From Phormidesmis sp. (GTDB lineage: Bacteria > Cyanobacteriota > Cyanobacteriia > Leptolyngbyales > Leptolyngbyaceae), in NCBI GenBank assembly GCA_965248535.1, contig CBDFJR010000002.1, positions 256,001 to 320,000 on the forward strand: DNA of 64,000 nucleotides, given 5' to 3'. Positions 41,530 through 50,845 of the stretch are shown here, in pieces. The translations under genes and the position numbers were made by a program. Numbering within the stretch: position 1 is the stretch's first letter; every line of letters begins with the position of its first letter. A model generated the notes under the pieces. The model did no database searches. It was not told the origin of the DNA and saw only the letters and a list, made by a program, of their open reading frames with translations.

Positions 41530-41602
41530 TGCAGGTTTTTTAACGCGCTAGTAGAGAGTATGCTCAGAGTCGTCTCTAAAATTCACATTCGCGATCGTGG
41601 CG

Positions 41603-42580
41603 TTAGAGTTTGAGCCGCAGCCAATCGCCCTCGACTTCAGCGATCGCCCCTCCCGGAAATGGATCAGTGCGCGATCGATTGGGCGCATGGATCAGAGCCG
41701 TCATCTTCTCGATCTGCTCAAAATTGGGGCTGACTGTCAACGTTTGTTGCAGAAATTGACGAATCACCCGACGCTGTAGCGCCAGGGGCATTGACTGGAG
41801 GGTCGATCGATTTAGGGCCCGACGATCGCCACTGATGGCGCTTTCTCTCAACTCAGATGCAATTTTTTCGAGATAGTCCACTTCGGCGGTGAGCAGTTCG
41901 GCGGTTTGGGCCAGATTCTGCTCGGCTTGCGGGTTGAAGTGAGTTTGCAAGTAGGGCAACAGTTCTTGCCGAATCCGATTGCGGGCGTAGGTTAAATCTT
42001 GGTTAGTCGTGTCTTCCCAAATCTGAAGATCCAGCGTTTGACAAAATTGGGCAGTCTCGGCGCGAGTGATGTCTAAAAGCGGACGCACCAAATTTAGCGT
42101 TGGCAGCAGCGATCGCTTCCAGACAAGTGCCTGAAGTCCATCGGCTCCGCTGCCTCGAATCAGATTGTAGAGGAGCGTTTCAGCCCGATCGCTAGCGGTG
42201 TGACCCGTGACGATCGTGGTGTAGTGATCAGACTGGGCAATTTTTTTGAAACACTCATAGCGCCACTGTCGAGCCGCCGCCTCGTTAGCAGGCACCTGTT
42301 CGGCAATCTCCAAATGAAACGTGACTTGCCAAACTCTAGCCAAGTTTGCCACAAAGTCTGCGTTTTGCTGAGAATCAGACCGCCAGCGGTGATCGCAGTG
42401 CCCGATCGCAAGGTGCCAGTTCCATTTTGGCTGCAAATCTAGCAGCAGTTTGACCAAGCAGAGAGAATCTTGCCCCCCAGACACCGCCACCAGCAAGCGC
42501 TCACCCTTCGCTAATAAGCGGCGCTCTCTGAGAGTGCGATGAAGGCGATCGTGGAGCGGTGTCCAGAGAGGGCGGCGCAT
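41603..42580 (-). CDS. tilS: tRNA(Ile)-lysidine synthetase
   Basis: VAVSGGQDS, DHRWR, EAAARQWRY, TGHTASDRAET, RPLL, RNRIR. Confidence 0.96.
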   Translation of the reverse strand: MRRPLWTPLHDRLHRTLRERRLLAKGERLLVAVSGGQDSLCLVKLLLDLQPKWNWHLAIGHCDHRWRSDSQQNADFVANLARVWQVTFHLEIAEQVPANEAAARQWRYECFKKIAQSDHYTTIVTGHTASDRAETLLYNLIRGSGADGLQALVWKRSLLPTLNLVRPLLDITRAETAQFCQTLDLQIWEDTTNQDLTYARNRIRQELLPYLQTHFNPQAEQNLAQTAELLTAEVDYLEKIASELRESAISGDRRALNRSTLQSMPLALQRRVIRQFLQQTLTVSPNFEQIEKMTALIHAPNRSRTDPFPGGAIAEVEGDWLRLKL

Positions 42581-42587
42581 GGCTGGC

Positions 42588-42947
42588 TTAATATTTGCCT
42601 TCGTCTGGGTCTTCGTAGATGTTTTCAACAGGTTTAGTGCGAAGTCTGCCGGGGGCTGACGATCGCTCTGGCAGTCTGCCGATTTCTTTGTCGGGAATAA
42701 ACTCTAAGCGAATTCTCACCCTGCCGCGCTGCCAGCCGCCCGTGCCAAAGCGCAGCGACTCACAGGCCAGCCCATCGCCAAACCAGTCTTCACTTTCTTC
42801 TGACCAGTTATCTTCTTGCTCATTAATCGTCTCAGCCAGAGCATCAAGAAACTCGCTGACTTTAAACGTCGGGTTTGACATCAAAACTCGACCACGATCG
42901 ACGAACAGCACTTCGTCATCTCTCAAAGGGGTATAGCCGTTATCCAT
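42588..42947 (-). CDS. KGK-domain protein
   Basis: WFGDGLACESLRFGTGGWQRGRVRIRLEFIPD matches the cyanobacterial KGK pattern. Confidence 0.82.
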   Translation of the reverse strand: MDNGYTPLRDDEVLFVDRGRVLMSNPTFKVSEFLDALAETINEQEDNWSEESEDWFGDGLACESLRFGTGGWQRGRVRIRLEFIPDKEIGRLPERSSAPGRLRTKPVENIYEDPDEGKY

Positions 42948-42996
42948 GTTGGGTTCTGTCGTGAAGGTCTGAAGAGACTAATTTAAGGGGAACCAG

Positions 42997-43992
42997 TTAA
43001 AGGAACCAGCCATAGCTGTGCAGCCCTTTACCCAGGAGGTTAACGCCAAGATAGCAGACCCAAACCACCACAAACCCAACCGCCGCGAGAATGGCAGGAC
43101 GGCGACCCTGCCAGCCTTTGGTGATTCGAGAATGCAGATAAGCCGCAAACACCAGCCAGGTAATCATTGCCCAGGTTTCTTTAGGGTCCCAACTCCAATA
43201 AGATCCCCAGGCTTCGTTAGCCCAAACTGCTCCGGCAATAATCCCGATCGTCAGCAGTGGAAACCCCAGCCCGATGACGCGATAGCTAATATTATCCAAC
43301 GTGTCAGCCAAGCTCAGACGTTGCGGAGACAGCACCACCGCCGGAGTCATGACAGCATCTAGCACGGCTGTGCCTCCGCTCTGCATGGCAACGGTCGTTA
43401 AGGGATCGTTTGATTCACTTGCCCGGTTGAGCCGATAGGCTTTGTCTCGATAAGCGCCCGTGCCGACTGAGCTACCTCGAAGCTCGACGTTTTGACCACG
43501 AGTGACGACTAGAAAGGCGATCGCTAGCAGCGCCCCCACCATCAGCGTGGCATAGCTCAACATCATGACGCTGACGTGCATCATCAACCAATTAGACTTG
43601 AGGGCGGGCACCAGCGGCGCAGAGGCTTGCATCCCATCGGGCAAGGTCAGGGCCGCAAAGGCCGTAATCGCCATCGCAACAGGAGCCGTGGCCACGCCTA
43701 CCAGTCGGCTAGCGCTCATCGTCTCAGCCAAAAGGTGAATCGTTGTGATGCCCCACACTAGAAAAAACAGCGACTCATAGAGATTGCTCAAAGGAAAGTA
43801 GCCTGCCTCTAGCCAACGTGCGCCCAAAAGCGTGGCAATGCAGAGATTAGCGATCGCCATGCCTGCTGTGCCCAGCGCAGGCAAGTAGGGAATCTGAGGA
43901 AACGCTGCGCCTGTCCAATAAATCAGCATCGTGGCGAATAGGACGGCAAACGAAAAGTTATCTAATACGCCTTGAAGCGCGACCAAATCCAT
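42997..43992 (-). CDS. ccsB: Cytochrome c biogenesis protein CcsB/CcsA (system II)
   Basis: [42 protein letters not shown] (WWD), GLHSYG. Confidence 0.96.
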   Translation of the reverse strand: MDLVALQGVLDNFSFAVLFATMLIYWTGAAFPQIPYLPALGTAGMAIANLCIATLLGARWLEAGYFPLSNLYESLFFLVWGITTIHLLAETMSASRLVGVATAPVAMAITAFAALTLPDGMQASAPLVPALKSNWLMMHVSVMMLSYATLMVGALLAIAFLVVTRGQNVELRGSSVGTGAYRDKAYRLNRASESNDPLTTVAMQSGGTAVLDAVMTPAVVLSPQRLSLADTLDNISYRVIGLGFPLLTIGIIAGAVWANEAWGSYWSWDPKETWAMITWLVFAAYLHSRITKGWQGRRPAILAAVGFVVVWVCYLGVNLLGKGLHSYGWFL

Positions 43993-44237
43993 GCAGGGTT
44001 CTCCTCTTGTCTGAGCGACATCTCTAGTCGAGCGGTATGATTCCGCCGTAGATCCATTGTAGAGGGAGTTGAGCGACGAATTAACAGGGTGACTTGCAGC
44101 AGCAATAAAACCCTTTCTCAGCCGTGAAATCGGGCAACTTCTTTAGGTTTTCTTCTGGTTTAGTCTCGTGAGAGCCAGACAACTTTTTTAACAACCGTTC
44201 AGAATAGGGAAACATCATCAGATCAGAAGAGGTGCCC

Positions 44238-45263
44238 GTGGCTTTATATGCTGAACTACATCGTCACCTGGGGGGATCGGTGGTTCCCAGGGTGCTGTGG
44301 CGATATTTAGAGCGGAGTGGCTCAGACTTATCCACTCGATTTCCTGACTACTCTGAGTTTGAAGATTTCTACACGCGACCTCGCAACACTTTAGACGAGT
44401 ATTTAGAACTCCATACCCTAGTGGAGAGTGTGCAGACGGCTGAAGCGCTGCCCTACTTTATCTATCGGCTGATGCGCGGAGCCTACATTTTTGAGAATCT
44501 GGCTTATCTAGAGTTGCGCTATACGCCTTTTTTGAGAACCGATGCTCAACTGAGCCAGTCTCAGCGCATTGACCAAATGGCTGAAATTGTGCAGATTGTG
44601 GGTCAAGCGAGTCAGGTCAAGGAATACCCGATCGTCAGCAGCCAAATTCTCTGTATGCACTCGCGGTTGCCCTATGAGGTGAATCGAGCGATCGTGGAGC
44701 TAGCGGCCCAGTCTGACTATGTTTGCGCGATCGATGTAGCGGGGGGCGATGCTCACTATGCCGATCGGTTGGATGAGTTTGTCGAGCTATATGCCCACGC
44801 CCGATCGCTCAACCTCAAAACCACAGGCCACGTCTACGAGACGACTGAGGGCTGTTATCCAGAACTGTTGCCCTACCTGATGCGAATTGGGCACGGCATC
44901 CAGATTCCACTCCTTCAGCCCCAGTTGCTTAAAGAGGTGGCTCGACGCGGGCAGTGCTTAGAAGTGTGCCCGACGACCTATCTAAAAACCGGGACGATGA
45001 AAGATATCCGTCAGTTAAAGCAGGTCTTCGATCGCTGCTTTGATGCAGGGGTTGACATCGCCATCTGCACTGATAATGCTGGGTTACACAACGTCCGGCT
45101 GCCCTTTGAATATGAGAGCCTGCTCACCCACGATATCATCGGGTTTGAGGAGCTACAGGCGTGTCAAGATGCGGCATTTCGCCATGCGTTTGCCTGGAAC
45201 TATGCCCAGCGTCCGGCTTCGATGTTGACGAGTTTGCTCAAGACTGAGGTCGGGGCAGTTTAG
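44238..45263 (+). CDS. Adenosine deaminase family protein
   Basis: AELHRHLGGS, YLELR, GHVYE, RIGHG, LEVCPT, ICTDN. Confidence 0.88.
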   Translation: MALYAELHRHLGGSVVPRVLWRYLERSGSDLSTRFPDYSEFEDFYTRPRNTLDEYLELHTLVESVQTAEALPYFIYRLMRGAYIFENLAYLELRYTPFLRTDAQLSQSQRIDQMAEIVQIVGQASQVKEYPIVSSQILCMHSRLPYEVNRAIVELAAQSDYVCAIDVAGGDAHYADRLDEFVELYAHARSLNLKTTGHVYETTEGCYPELLPYLMRIGHGIQIPLLQPQLLKEVARRGQCLEVCPTTYLKTGTMKDIRQLKQVFDRCFDAGVDIAICTDNAGLHNVRLPFEYESLLTHDIIGFEELQACQDAAFRHAFAWNYAQRPASMLTSLLKTEVGAV

Positions 45264-45273
45264 TCAAAAAAAT

Positions 45274-45323
45274 TGAGTTCTGAATCTTGAATGGGCCTTA
45301 CCTACCCCAAGATTCAGAACTCA
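45274..45323. terminator. Hairpin between convergent add and psb27 genes
   Basis: Perfect 16-bp arms TGAGTTCTGAATCTTG / CAAGATTCAGAACTCA; adjacent A7 run gives a U-tail on the minus strand. Confidence 0.8.
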
Positions 45324-45338
45324 GTCTTCAAAATCTGA

Positions 45339-45740
45339 TCAAACTCCCCGTTTTAGGGAAACTTCAACCTGTTGAAACTCCTGCTCTAAGCGAGTCTTGA
45401 GCTTTTCGGGCACTGGGCGGTTGGGGTAAGAACTGTAGTGCCCTGCCAGGGAGTTAAGCGCCGTCCGCATGGTGGTAAATGAGTTGAGCTTGAGAATCGC
45501 GGGGTCACGCTGATAGCGAGAGGCAAAGTCGTTAATATTTTTGCGGGCTTCTGCTCTGACAGCGACCTTATCAGGGGAGTCTGCGGAAAGGGCTAGAGCC
45601 GATCGTAGGCTACTGATCACTCCTAGCGTATCGTCGCGATAGTTTCCGGTGAGACCTGTCGTGGAGTCAGAAGAGCAACCTGTCAGCCCGATCGTGACCA
45701 CTAACATCAGAGCCAGTATGCGAGATAAAAAGCGCTTCAT
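45339..45740 (-). CDS. psb27: Photosystem II assembly lipoprotein Psb27
   Basis: Lipobox LTGC, LTGNYRDDT, SFTTMRTALNSLAGHYSSYPNRPVPEKLK. Confidence 0.96.
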   Translation of the reverse strand: MKRFLSRILALMLVVTIGLTGCSSDSTTGLTGNYRDDTLGVISSLRSALALSADSPDKVAVRAEARKNINDFASRYQRDPAILKLNSFTTMRTALNSLAGHYSSYPNRPVPEKLKTRLEQEFQQVEVSLKRGV

Positions 45741-45912
45741 AAGCAGTTGGCGGTGAGGAAACGTTACAGTTTTACCATCCTATCGCGATTGGGGCCGGCG
45801 GGATCACTCCCTGAAAGCTGAGTTGCTTAAGAACTGGCAGATTTCACGAGCGAGTGAATGACTTGGGATCGGTTAAAGCACCCACTACGATCGAGGTTAT
45901 TAACCGGAAATT

Positions 45913-47658
45913 TTAAGTTGTGGCAAACTCAGGCTTGCTGACCAAGTTAGTGACAATTTCCTGCATTTCAGCGATCGCCGCACTCTGATTATCTTTTGCC
46001 TGATGAACGTGAGCAATAGTGCCCTCCATCGCCTCAATCTGATGCCGCAAACCATCTGCCGTGTCTTGAATCGGTTGCAGCATTTCTTGATAGAGATTGA
46101 CCTTGCCCGCAAGCTGGGCGGCACTGGCGCTTTGAGACTTTAGCGTAGCGTCGAGTTGTCTTAGCTCGTCACGGGTGGCGGCTTGCTCGCCCGATCGGGC
46201 CTCTACCCTCTCTTGAGTTTCTTGAATGCGGTTGGGAAGCTGCTCAAGCTCACCCTCCAGCTTTTGCAACTCGTCTGCCTGCCGCTGCCGCAGGGCATCG
46301 ATCTGCGTAAACACCTGACTCAGGTCAATGCCGCCGTCTTTCGCCTCTGGGTCGCTTTTCCCCTGTTTTCGGGCTAGCACAGAGCGGTGCTGACGCAGAA
46401 TGCCTTCCTTCTCTTTGAGACTGCGGCGTTGACCCACCAACGTCTGATTGAGAAACTGATAGGCATCTTGCTCGTCAGCGAGTTCAGATTCTAAGGCGAT
46501 GCGATCGTAGTCACCAGACTGCCCAATTTTTGCTTTCAGTTCCTCAAGCTCTTTTTGCTTAAACTCTAATTCCTCTTCTTGCCCGTTGACAAAGCCTGAA
46601 GACATCTCAAAGTCGCGCTGACATTCTTGCACCACTCTCTGAAGTTCGTCTAACGTCAGCTTTTCTAACGCCTCGACATCAATACAATTCACCGTCGCTT
46701 CCATGCCATCTGCTAGGCGATCAAGCTGCTGATGCAGGGTGTCATAGTGCTGAATTTGCAGCCCCAGCATTTGAGCATAGGTTTGCTTGGTCTCCAGAAC
46801 GGCTTGCTGAAGGCTAACTTCGGCTCTCGCTTGCTCTAAAGTCTCTTGAGCCTGGTGCCACTGTTGCCAGCGGCGATCAAGGTCTTGAGATTGACGATCG
46901 AGGTCTGCTTGAACCTGCTGTGAAGTCTCTCTGTGCTGGTCTAAATTTTGCCAGTGTTGATTGAGAATCGCCTGGTGCTGATTGGCTAGCTCAGACGCTT
47001 GATTGACCTGCTCTTGCATCGCTTCGGGCGAAAAGTGTGAGCTAGACAACCGACTCAAAAGCTCTTGAATGGCTTGGGCTTGCTGCTCATCTAAGACAGA
47101 GGCTTGCTGAAGCTCTTGCTGCTCGTCTACTTGCCGTTTTTGCCCCTGTAGCTGATCCCAAGCACCTTCTAGCTCTTGGCGATTTTGCTCTAGCTCGGTC
47201 TGTTGACGCAAAATTTCATCGCGAGTCGTCTCAAACTCTTGCCGCTGTTGCTCTAGCTGCTCAAAATCTTCTTCTAGCTGCTGGAGTTGCTCCCGTCGAG
47301 TCTCCATTTCCATCTCGCGCCGATTTAACTCTTGGCTCTGGTAGGTGAGAGATTGCTTCCACTGCTCAATCTCGTCTTCCTGGTTTTTGAATTTTTCCTG
47401 AAGCCGAGAAAAGTTTTGCAGAATGCTCACCAGAGGTCGCCCGGCTTCTTGAACTCGCTGCACCTGCTTATTGGCCGTCAGGTCAACCAGCAATAAAGTC
47501 CCAGCGCTAAACCGACCTGCTTCGTCTGACTGAATGGCTTCGTCACTGGCCGCGATCCAATTTTGCTCAGACCGTTGACAAGCAAGCAATTTGAGTTCAG
47601 ATTTACCGCCGCCGATAATTCCGCCTTTTTTTTGTATGACTTCTGCTAGATACAGCAC
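45913..47658 (-). CDS. hmpF: Pilus motility/taxis coiled-coil protein HmpF
   Basis: MLYLAEV...ELKLLACQRSEQNW, IEQWKQSLTYQSQELNRR, long coiled coil; divergent from the taxis operon. Confidence 0.88.
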   Translation of the reverse strand: MLYLAEVIQKKGGIIGGGKSELKLLACQRSEQNWIAASDEAIQSDEAGRFSAGTLLLVDLTANKQVQRVQEAGRPLVSILQNFSRLQEKFKNQEDEIEQWKQSLTYQSQELNRREMEMETRREQLQQLEEDFEQLEQQRQEFETTRDEILRQQTELEQNRQELEGAWDQLQGQKRQVDEQQELQQASVLDEQQAQAIQELLSRLSSSHFSPEAMQEQVNQASELANQHQAILNQHWQNLDQHRETSQQVQADLDRQSQDLDRRWQQWHQAQETLEQARAEVSLQQAVLETKQTYAQMLGLQIQHYDTLHQQLDRLADGMEATVNCIDVEALEKLTLDELQRVVQECQRDFEMSSGFVNGQEEELEFKQKELEELKAKIGQSGDYDRIALESELADEQDAYQFLNQTLVGQRRSLKEKEGILRQHRSVLARKQGKSDPEAKDGGIDLSQVFTQIDALRQRQADELQKLEGELEQLPNRIQETQERVEARSGEQAATRDELRQLDATLKSQSASAAQLAGKVNLYQEMLQPIQDTADGLRHQIEAMEGTIAHVHQAKDNQSAAIAEMQEIVTNLVSKPEFATT

Positions 47659-47866
47659 ACTGATAGTCCTCTTCTGTGTCTATGCCCAATCCTAAGACTT
47701 TATTCACTCGAATGGTCTGAGTTTGGTTTCATCGGCTGAGTTTGATGAAGATAAAATTGAGACCTGAGTTTCTCAACGTTTGTCAGAGCAGCCTGTCTTT
47801 TGGCTCTAATTGTCTGCTGCGGATGGTTTCATTAAGGTGCGGGGTTGATAATCAGTCGCCCGATTT

Positions 47867-47875
47867 AGTATGCCC
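47867..47875 (-). promoter_or_regulatory. SigJ-type box upstream of hmpF
   Basis: GGGCATACT on the minus strand, ~210 bp upstream of the start. Confidence 0.5.
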
Positions 47876-48313
47876 AGGGCTTTTGGGTTAGCTCGATCGC
47901 AGTGGGCGCTGATTAAGAAAAGGTCACTTCTCAACTCTGAGGTCGCGGGCTTCTCTAGACCATACTACACAGCATTCCTCGATCGTGCAGGTCGATTCAT
48001 TGCCCTATAATCTAGCATCCCCTTCACGGGTTGGGGAAAGAACTTTTAGATCAGATTCAGAGATTCTTTCAAGAGCTTAGATTGTGGAGGTGTGAGGAGG
48101 GGTGATGCTGCAATTTCTCATGGTTTTTATAAGTGCAGTATTTTATAGATACAGTGCCGTTGCATTGCTTGGGGGGCGGTTTAGGCTCACTAGCCAACCC
48201 GGTTTAAGGGGCGATTAAAAACTAGACGACGAGAAAAACTTTTCTGCTGCTCAAAACCAGGGGCAAAATTAATACAGAGCGCCAGATCACGTTGAGGAGA
48301 CAGATTAACTTGA

Positions 48314-49588
48314 ATGCAAGGACAACTGAGTGAGATTGACATCCGCAGCATCCTGCAACTGATCGAATTGGGTCAGCGTACGGGTGAGCTATTTGTTGAA
48401 GCCTATCCTTCGTCGCCATTGCTATCCTCTGGTGCATCTGCGATCGACTTCCGCAGCACCCGCTCTTTAAGTGGTCAGTCGTGGTTTGCGTTCTTTCTCA
48501 ACGGTCAAATCGTCTATGCAGGAGAAACCGATGTTAGTCTGCTGCGATTGCGAGATTATCTGCGTCGCTACCAGGCGGAGGCTGCTGTCGATGCGATCTC
48601 GTCTGCGTCGATCGCCGCCTTTAACGCGCCAGAATATGGCTATTTATGGGCCTTGATGGAGAATCACAGCTTGACTCCGGCTCAAGGGCGGAGTGTGATT
48701 CAAAGCATGATTCATGAGACATTATTTGATCTTTTGAGTTTGCATCAGGGGTCTTTTATCTTTGAGATTGGCAGCCCTTTAGCGCCTCAGTTAATGACGC
48801 TAGAGACTGCGCCGCTGGTAACGAAGATCATCAAACAGGTGCAAGAGTGGAAGCAGTTTCACCCTCATCTCTATTCACCTGATCAATGCCCTGTGATTGC
48901 TAATGGGACGTTGTTAAAAAAGGCGCTGCCAGAAGCTACGTTTCACACGCTCGATCGCTATGCCGATGGCAAAACATCTCTGCGCCAAATCGCCCGCTAT
49001 CTCAATCGCGATATTGTAACGGTTGCCAGAGCTATCTATCCCCACGTCAAGCGAGGGTGGCTCCAGTTGACTCATCCTGACTTTGATGAAGCGAGGAGTG
49101 GGTCAAAGGCTCGCCCTAGAGAGCTTGAGTTTTGGCAGGCAACCAAGACCCCTAGAGTGGTTTGCATTGACGATGGGGCCACGATTCGCAAAACCGTAGA
49201 ATATATTCTCAACCAGCATGGCTATGAGGTGACGGCGATCGATAACCCGCTTAAAGCTCTGAGCTTGGTGTTTCAACTCAAGCCCGATTTAATTCTCTGT
49301 GACATTGCTATGCCGGAGCTAGACGGTTATGAAATCTGCGCCATGCTTCGCAAGTCAACGGCGTTTCGTCAAACCCCGATCGTGATGTTGACAGGCAAAG
49401 ATGGCTTTATCGATCGCGTCAAAGCGCGCATGGTTGGAGCCACTGACTATTTAACCAAACCGTTTGGCGAAAGTGAGCTATTAATGTTGCTAGAGAAGTA
49501 TGTCGGTCTAGGCAAGCCTAATCAGCCCAAAGCCGACCAACTTTTATCAGATGCCCTCGAAGAAGGATTGGAAACGAATTTAACTTAA
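48314..49588 (+). CDS. PatA-family response regulator (PilG-like)
   Basis: MQGQLSEIDIRSILQLIELGQRTGEL (PATAN/DUF4388) plus C-terminal receiver CIDD..DIAMP..MLTG..KPF. Confidence 0.9.
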   Translation: MQGQLSEIDIRSILQLIELGQRTGELFVEAYPSSPLLSSGASAIDFRSTRSLSGQSWFAFFLNGQIVYAGETDVSLLRLRDYLRRYQAEAAVDAISSASIAAFNAPEYGYLWALMENHSLTPAQGRSVIQSMIHETLFDLLSLHQGSFIFEIGSPLAPQLMTLETAPLVTKIIKQVQEWKQFHPHLYSPDQCPVIANGTLLKKALPEATFHTLDRYADGKTSLRQIARYLNRDIVTVARAIYPHVKRGWLQLTHPDFDEARSGSKARPRELEFWQATKTPRVVCIDDGATIRKTVEYILNQHGYEVTAIDNPLKALSLVFQLKPDLILCDIAMPELDGYEICAMLRKSTAFRQTPIVMLTGKDGFIDRVKARMVGATDYLTKPFGESELLMLLEKYVGLGKPNQPKADQLLSDALEEGLETNLT

Positions 49589-49721
49589 ATTTTGATCGGC
49601 TTATTTTTAGCGAGAAGCTTATTCTTTCAGGGATTGGGGTACTTTAGTGATTACATGGTTTAAGGTAAACAACGGTGGATTTCACCCGTCATCGGTCAAT
49701 CCAGCAAGCAGGTAAGGGGTT

Positions 49722-50087
49722 ATGAGTACAGTTCTGGTCGTGGAAGACAGCGTCACTCAACGAGAAATGATTACAGATCTGCTCAAAGGGAGTGGGTTGA
49801 CCGTCACCATTGCGACAGACGGAGTTGAAGCTTTAGAGCAGATCCAAGGGCACTGTCCTGACCTAGTTGTGCTGGATATCGTCATGCCCCGAATGAATGG
49901 CTACGAAGTTTGCCGACGATTAAAGGCAGACCCCAAGACGCAGAAGGTTCCGGTGGTGATGTGCTCTTCTAAGGGTGAAGAATTCGATCGCTATTGGGGC
50001 ATGAAGCAAGGGGCCGATGCTTATATAGCAAAGCCGTTTCAGCCTACTGAGTTGGTGGGCACGGTCAAACAACTATTGCGAGGATAG
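49722..50087 (+). CDS. CheY-like response regulator (PilH-like)
   Basis: VLVVEDS, LDIVMP, MCSSK, KPF. Confidence 0.93.
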   Translation: MSTVLVVEDSVTQREMITDLLKGSGLTVTIATDGVEALEQIQGHCPDLVVLDIVMPRMNGYEVCRRLKADPKTQKVPVVMCSSKGEEFDRYWGMKQGADAYIAKPFQPTELVGTVKQLLRG

Positions 50088-50098
50088 GAATAGAGCCA

Positions 50099-50629
50099 AT
50101 GGTAGGGAATCCGGATTTTTTAACGGGTAGAGGACAGGATCAAGCACCTGAATTTCAGGAATTAGAAAGCCCTGAAGGTGAGTTGCATCTGCGGTTCTAT
50201 ATCTCTTCGGGCAACGAGTTTGCCCTTCCCGCAACTGGCATTCGAGAAGTGCTTTCACCCTCGCCCGATCGCATCACGCCCGTTCCCAATGTGTCGCCTC
50301 TGCTGCTGGGCACTCTCAATGTGCGCGGGCGGGTGGTTTGGGTGGCAGATCTCGGCCAGTTTTTAGGTGATCCGGTTCCTCTCAACACCGATCGTCCTGA
50401 GATTTCTGTGATCGCGGTCGAAGATCAAGACATGATGTTGGGGCTGGCGGTCGATCGCATCGTGGGCATGGCGTGGTTAGATATTGACCATGTGCAAATG
50501 TCAACCACTGCCCCTGATAGTGTCGCGCCTTTTTTGCGGGGAGAATGGGTGTTAACCAACCAAGACAGTCAGTTTTTGCGGTTGCTCGACCAGATAGCGA
50601 TCTTACGATCGGCGCGGTGGGCAGCATGA
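50099..50629 (+). CDS. cheW: CheW adaptor (PilI-like)
   Basis: ITPVPNVSPLLLGTLNVRGRVVWVADL, LGLAVDRI. Confidence 0.93.
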   Translation: MVGNPDFLTGRGQDQAPEFQELESPEGELHLRFYISSGNEFALPATGIREVLSPSPDRITPVPNVSPLLLGTLNVRGRVVWVADLGQFLGDPVPLNTDRPEISVIAVEDQDMMLGLAVDRIVGMAWLDIDHVQMSTTAPDSVAPFLRGEWVLTNQDSQFLRLLDQIAILRSARWAA

Positions 50630-50845
50630 TCAATGAGCCAAAACTGATCACTGTCTGTACAATCAATGCAACGGAGCGATCAAAGACAAGTTTTGCATCC
50701 TTGGACAGCATTCATCCCTATCAGATGTATTATTTTCACCTTACACCGACTGCTCCCTTTTTTCTAAGTTTGCCTACGACCAAACTCAATTTTAAGAGCA
50801 GAACTTCGAGAACAACGGCAACCACGCACTTGCAGGAGAAGGCAC

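Noticed and set aside
41557..41565. GAGCATACT as a SigJ box for the GAF kinase
   Set aside because: Mismatch in the conserved GGG; could occur by chance
47659..48313. Possible sRNA or small gene in the hmpF-patA intergenic region
   Set aside because: No convincing ORF or structure beyond promoter-like elements
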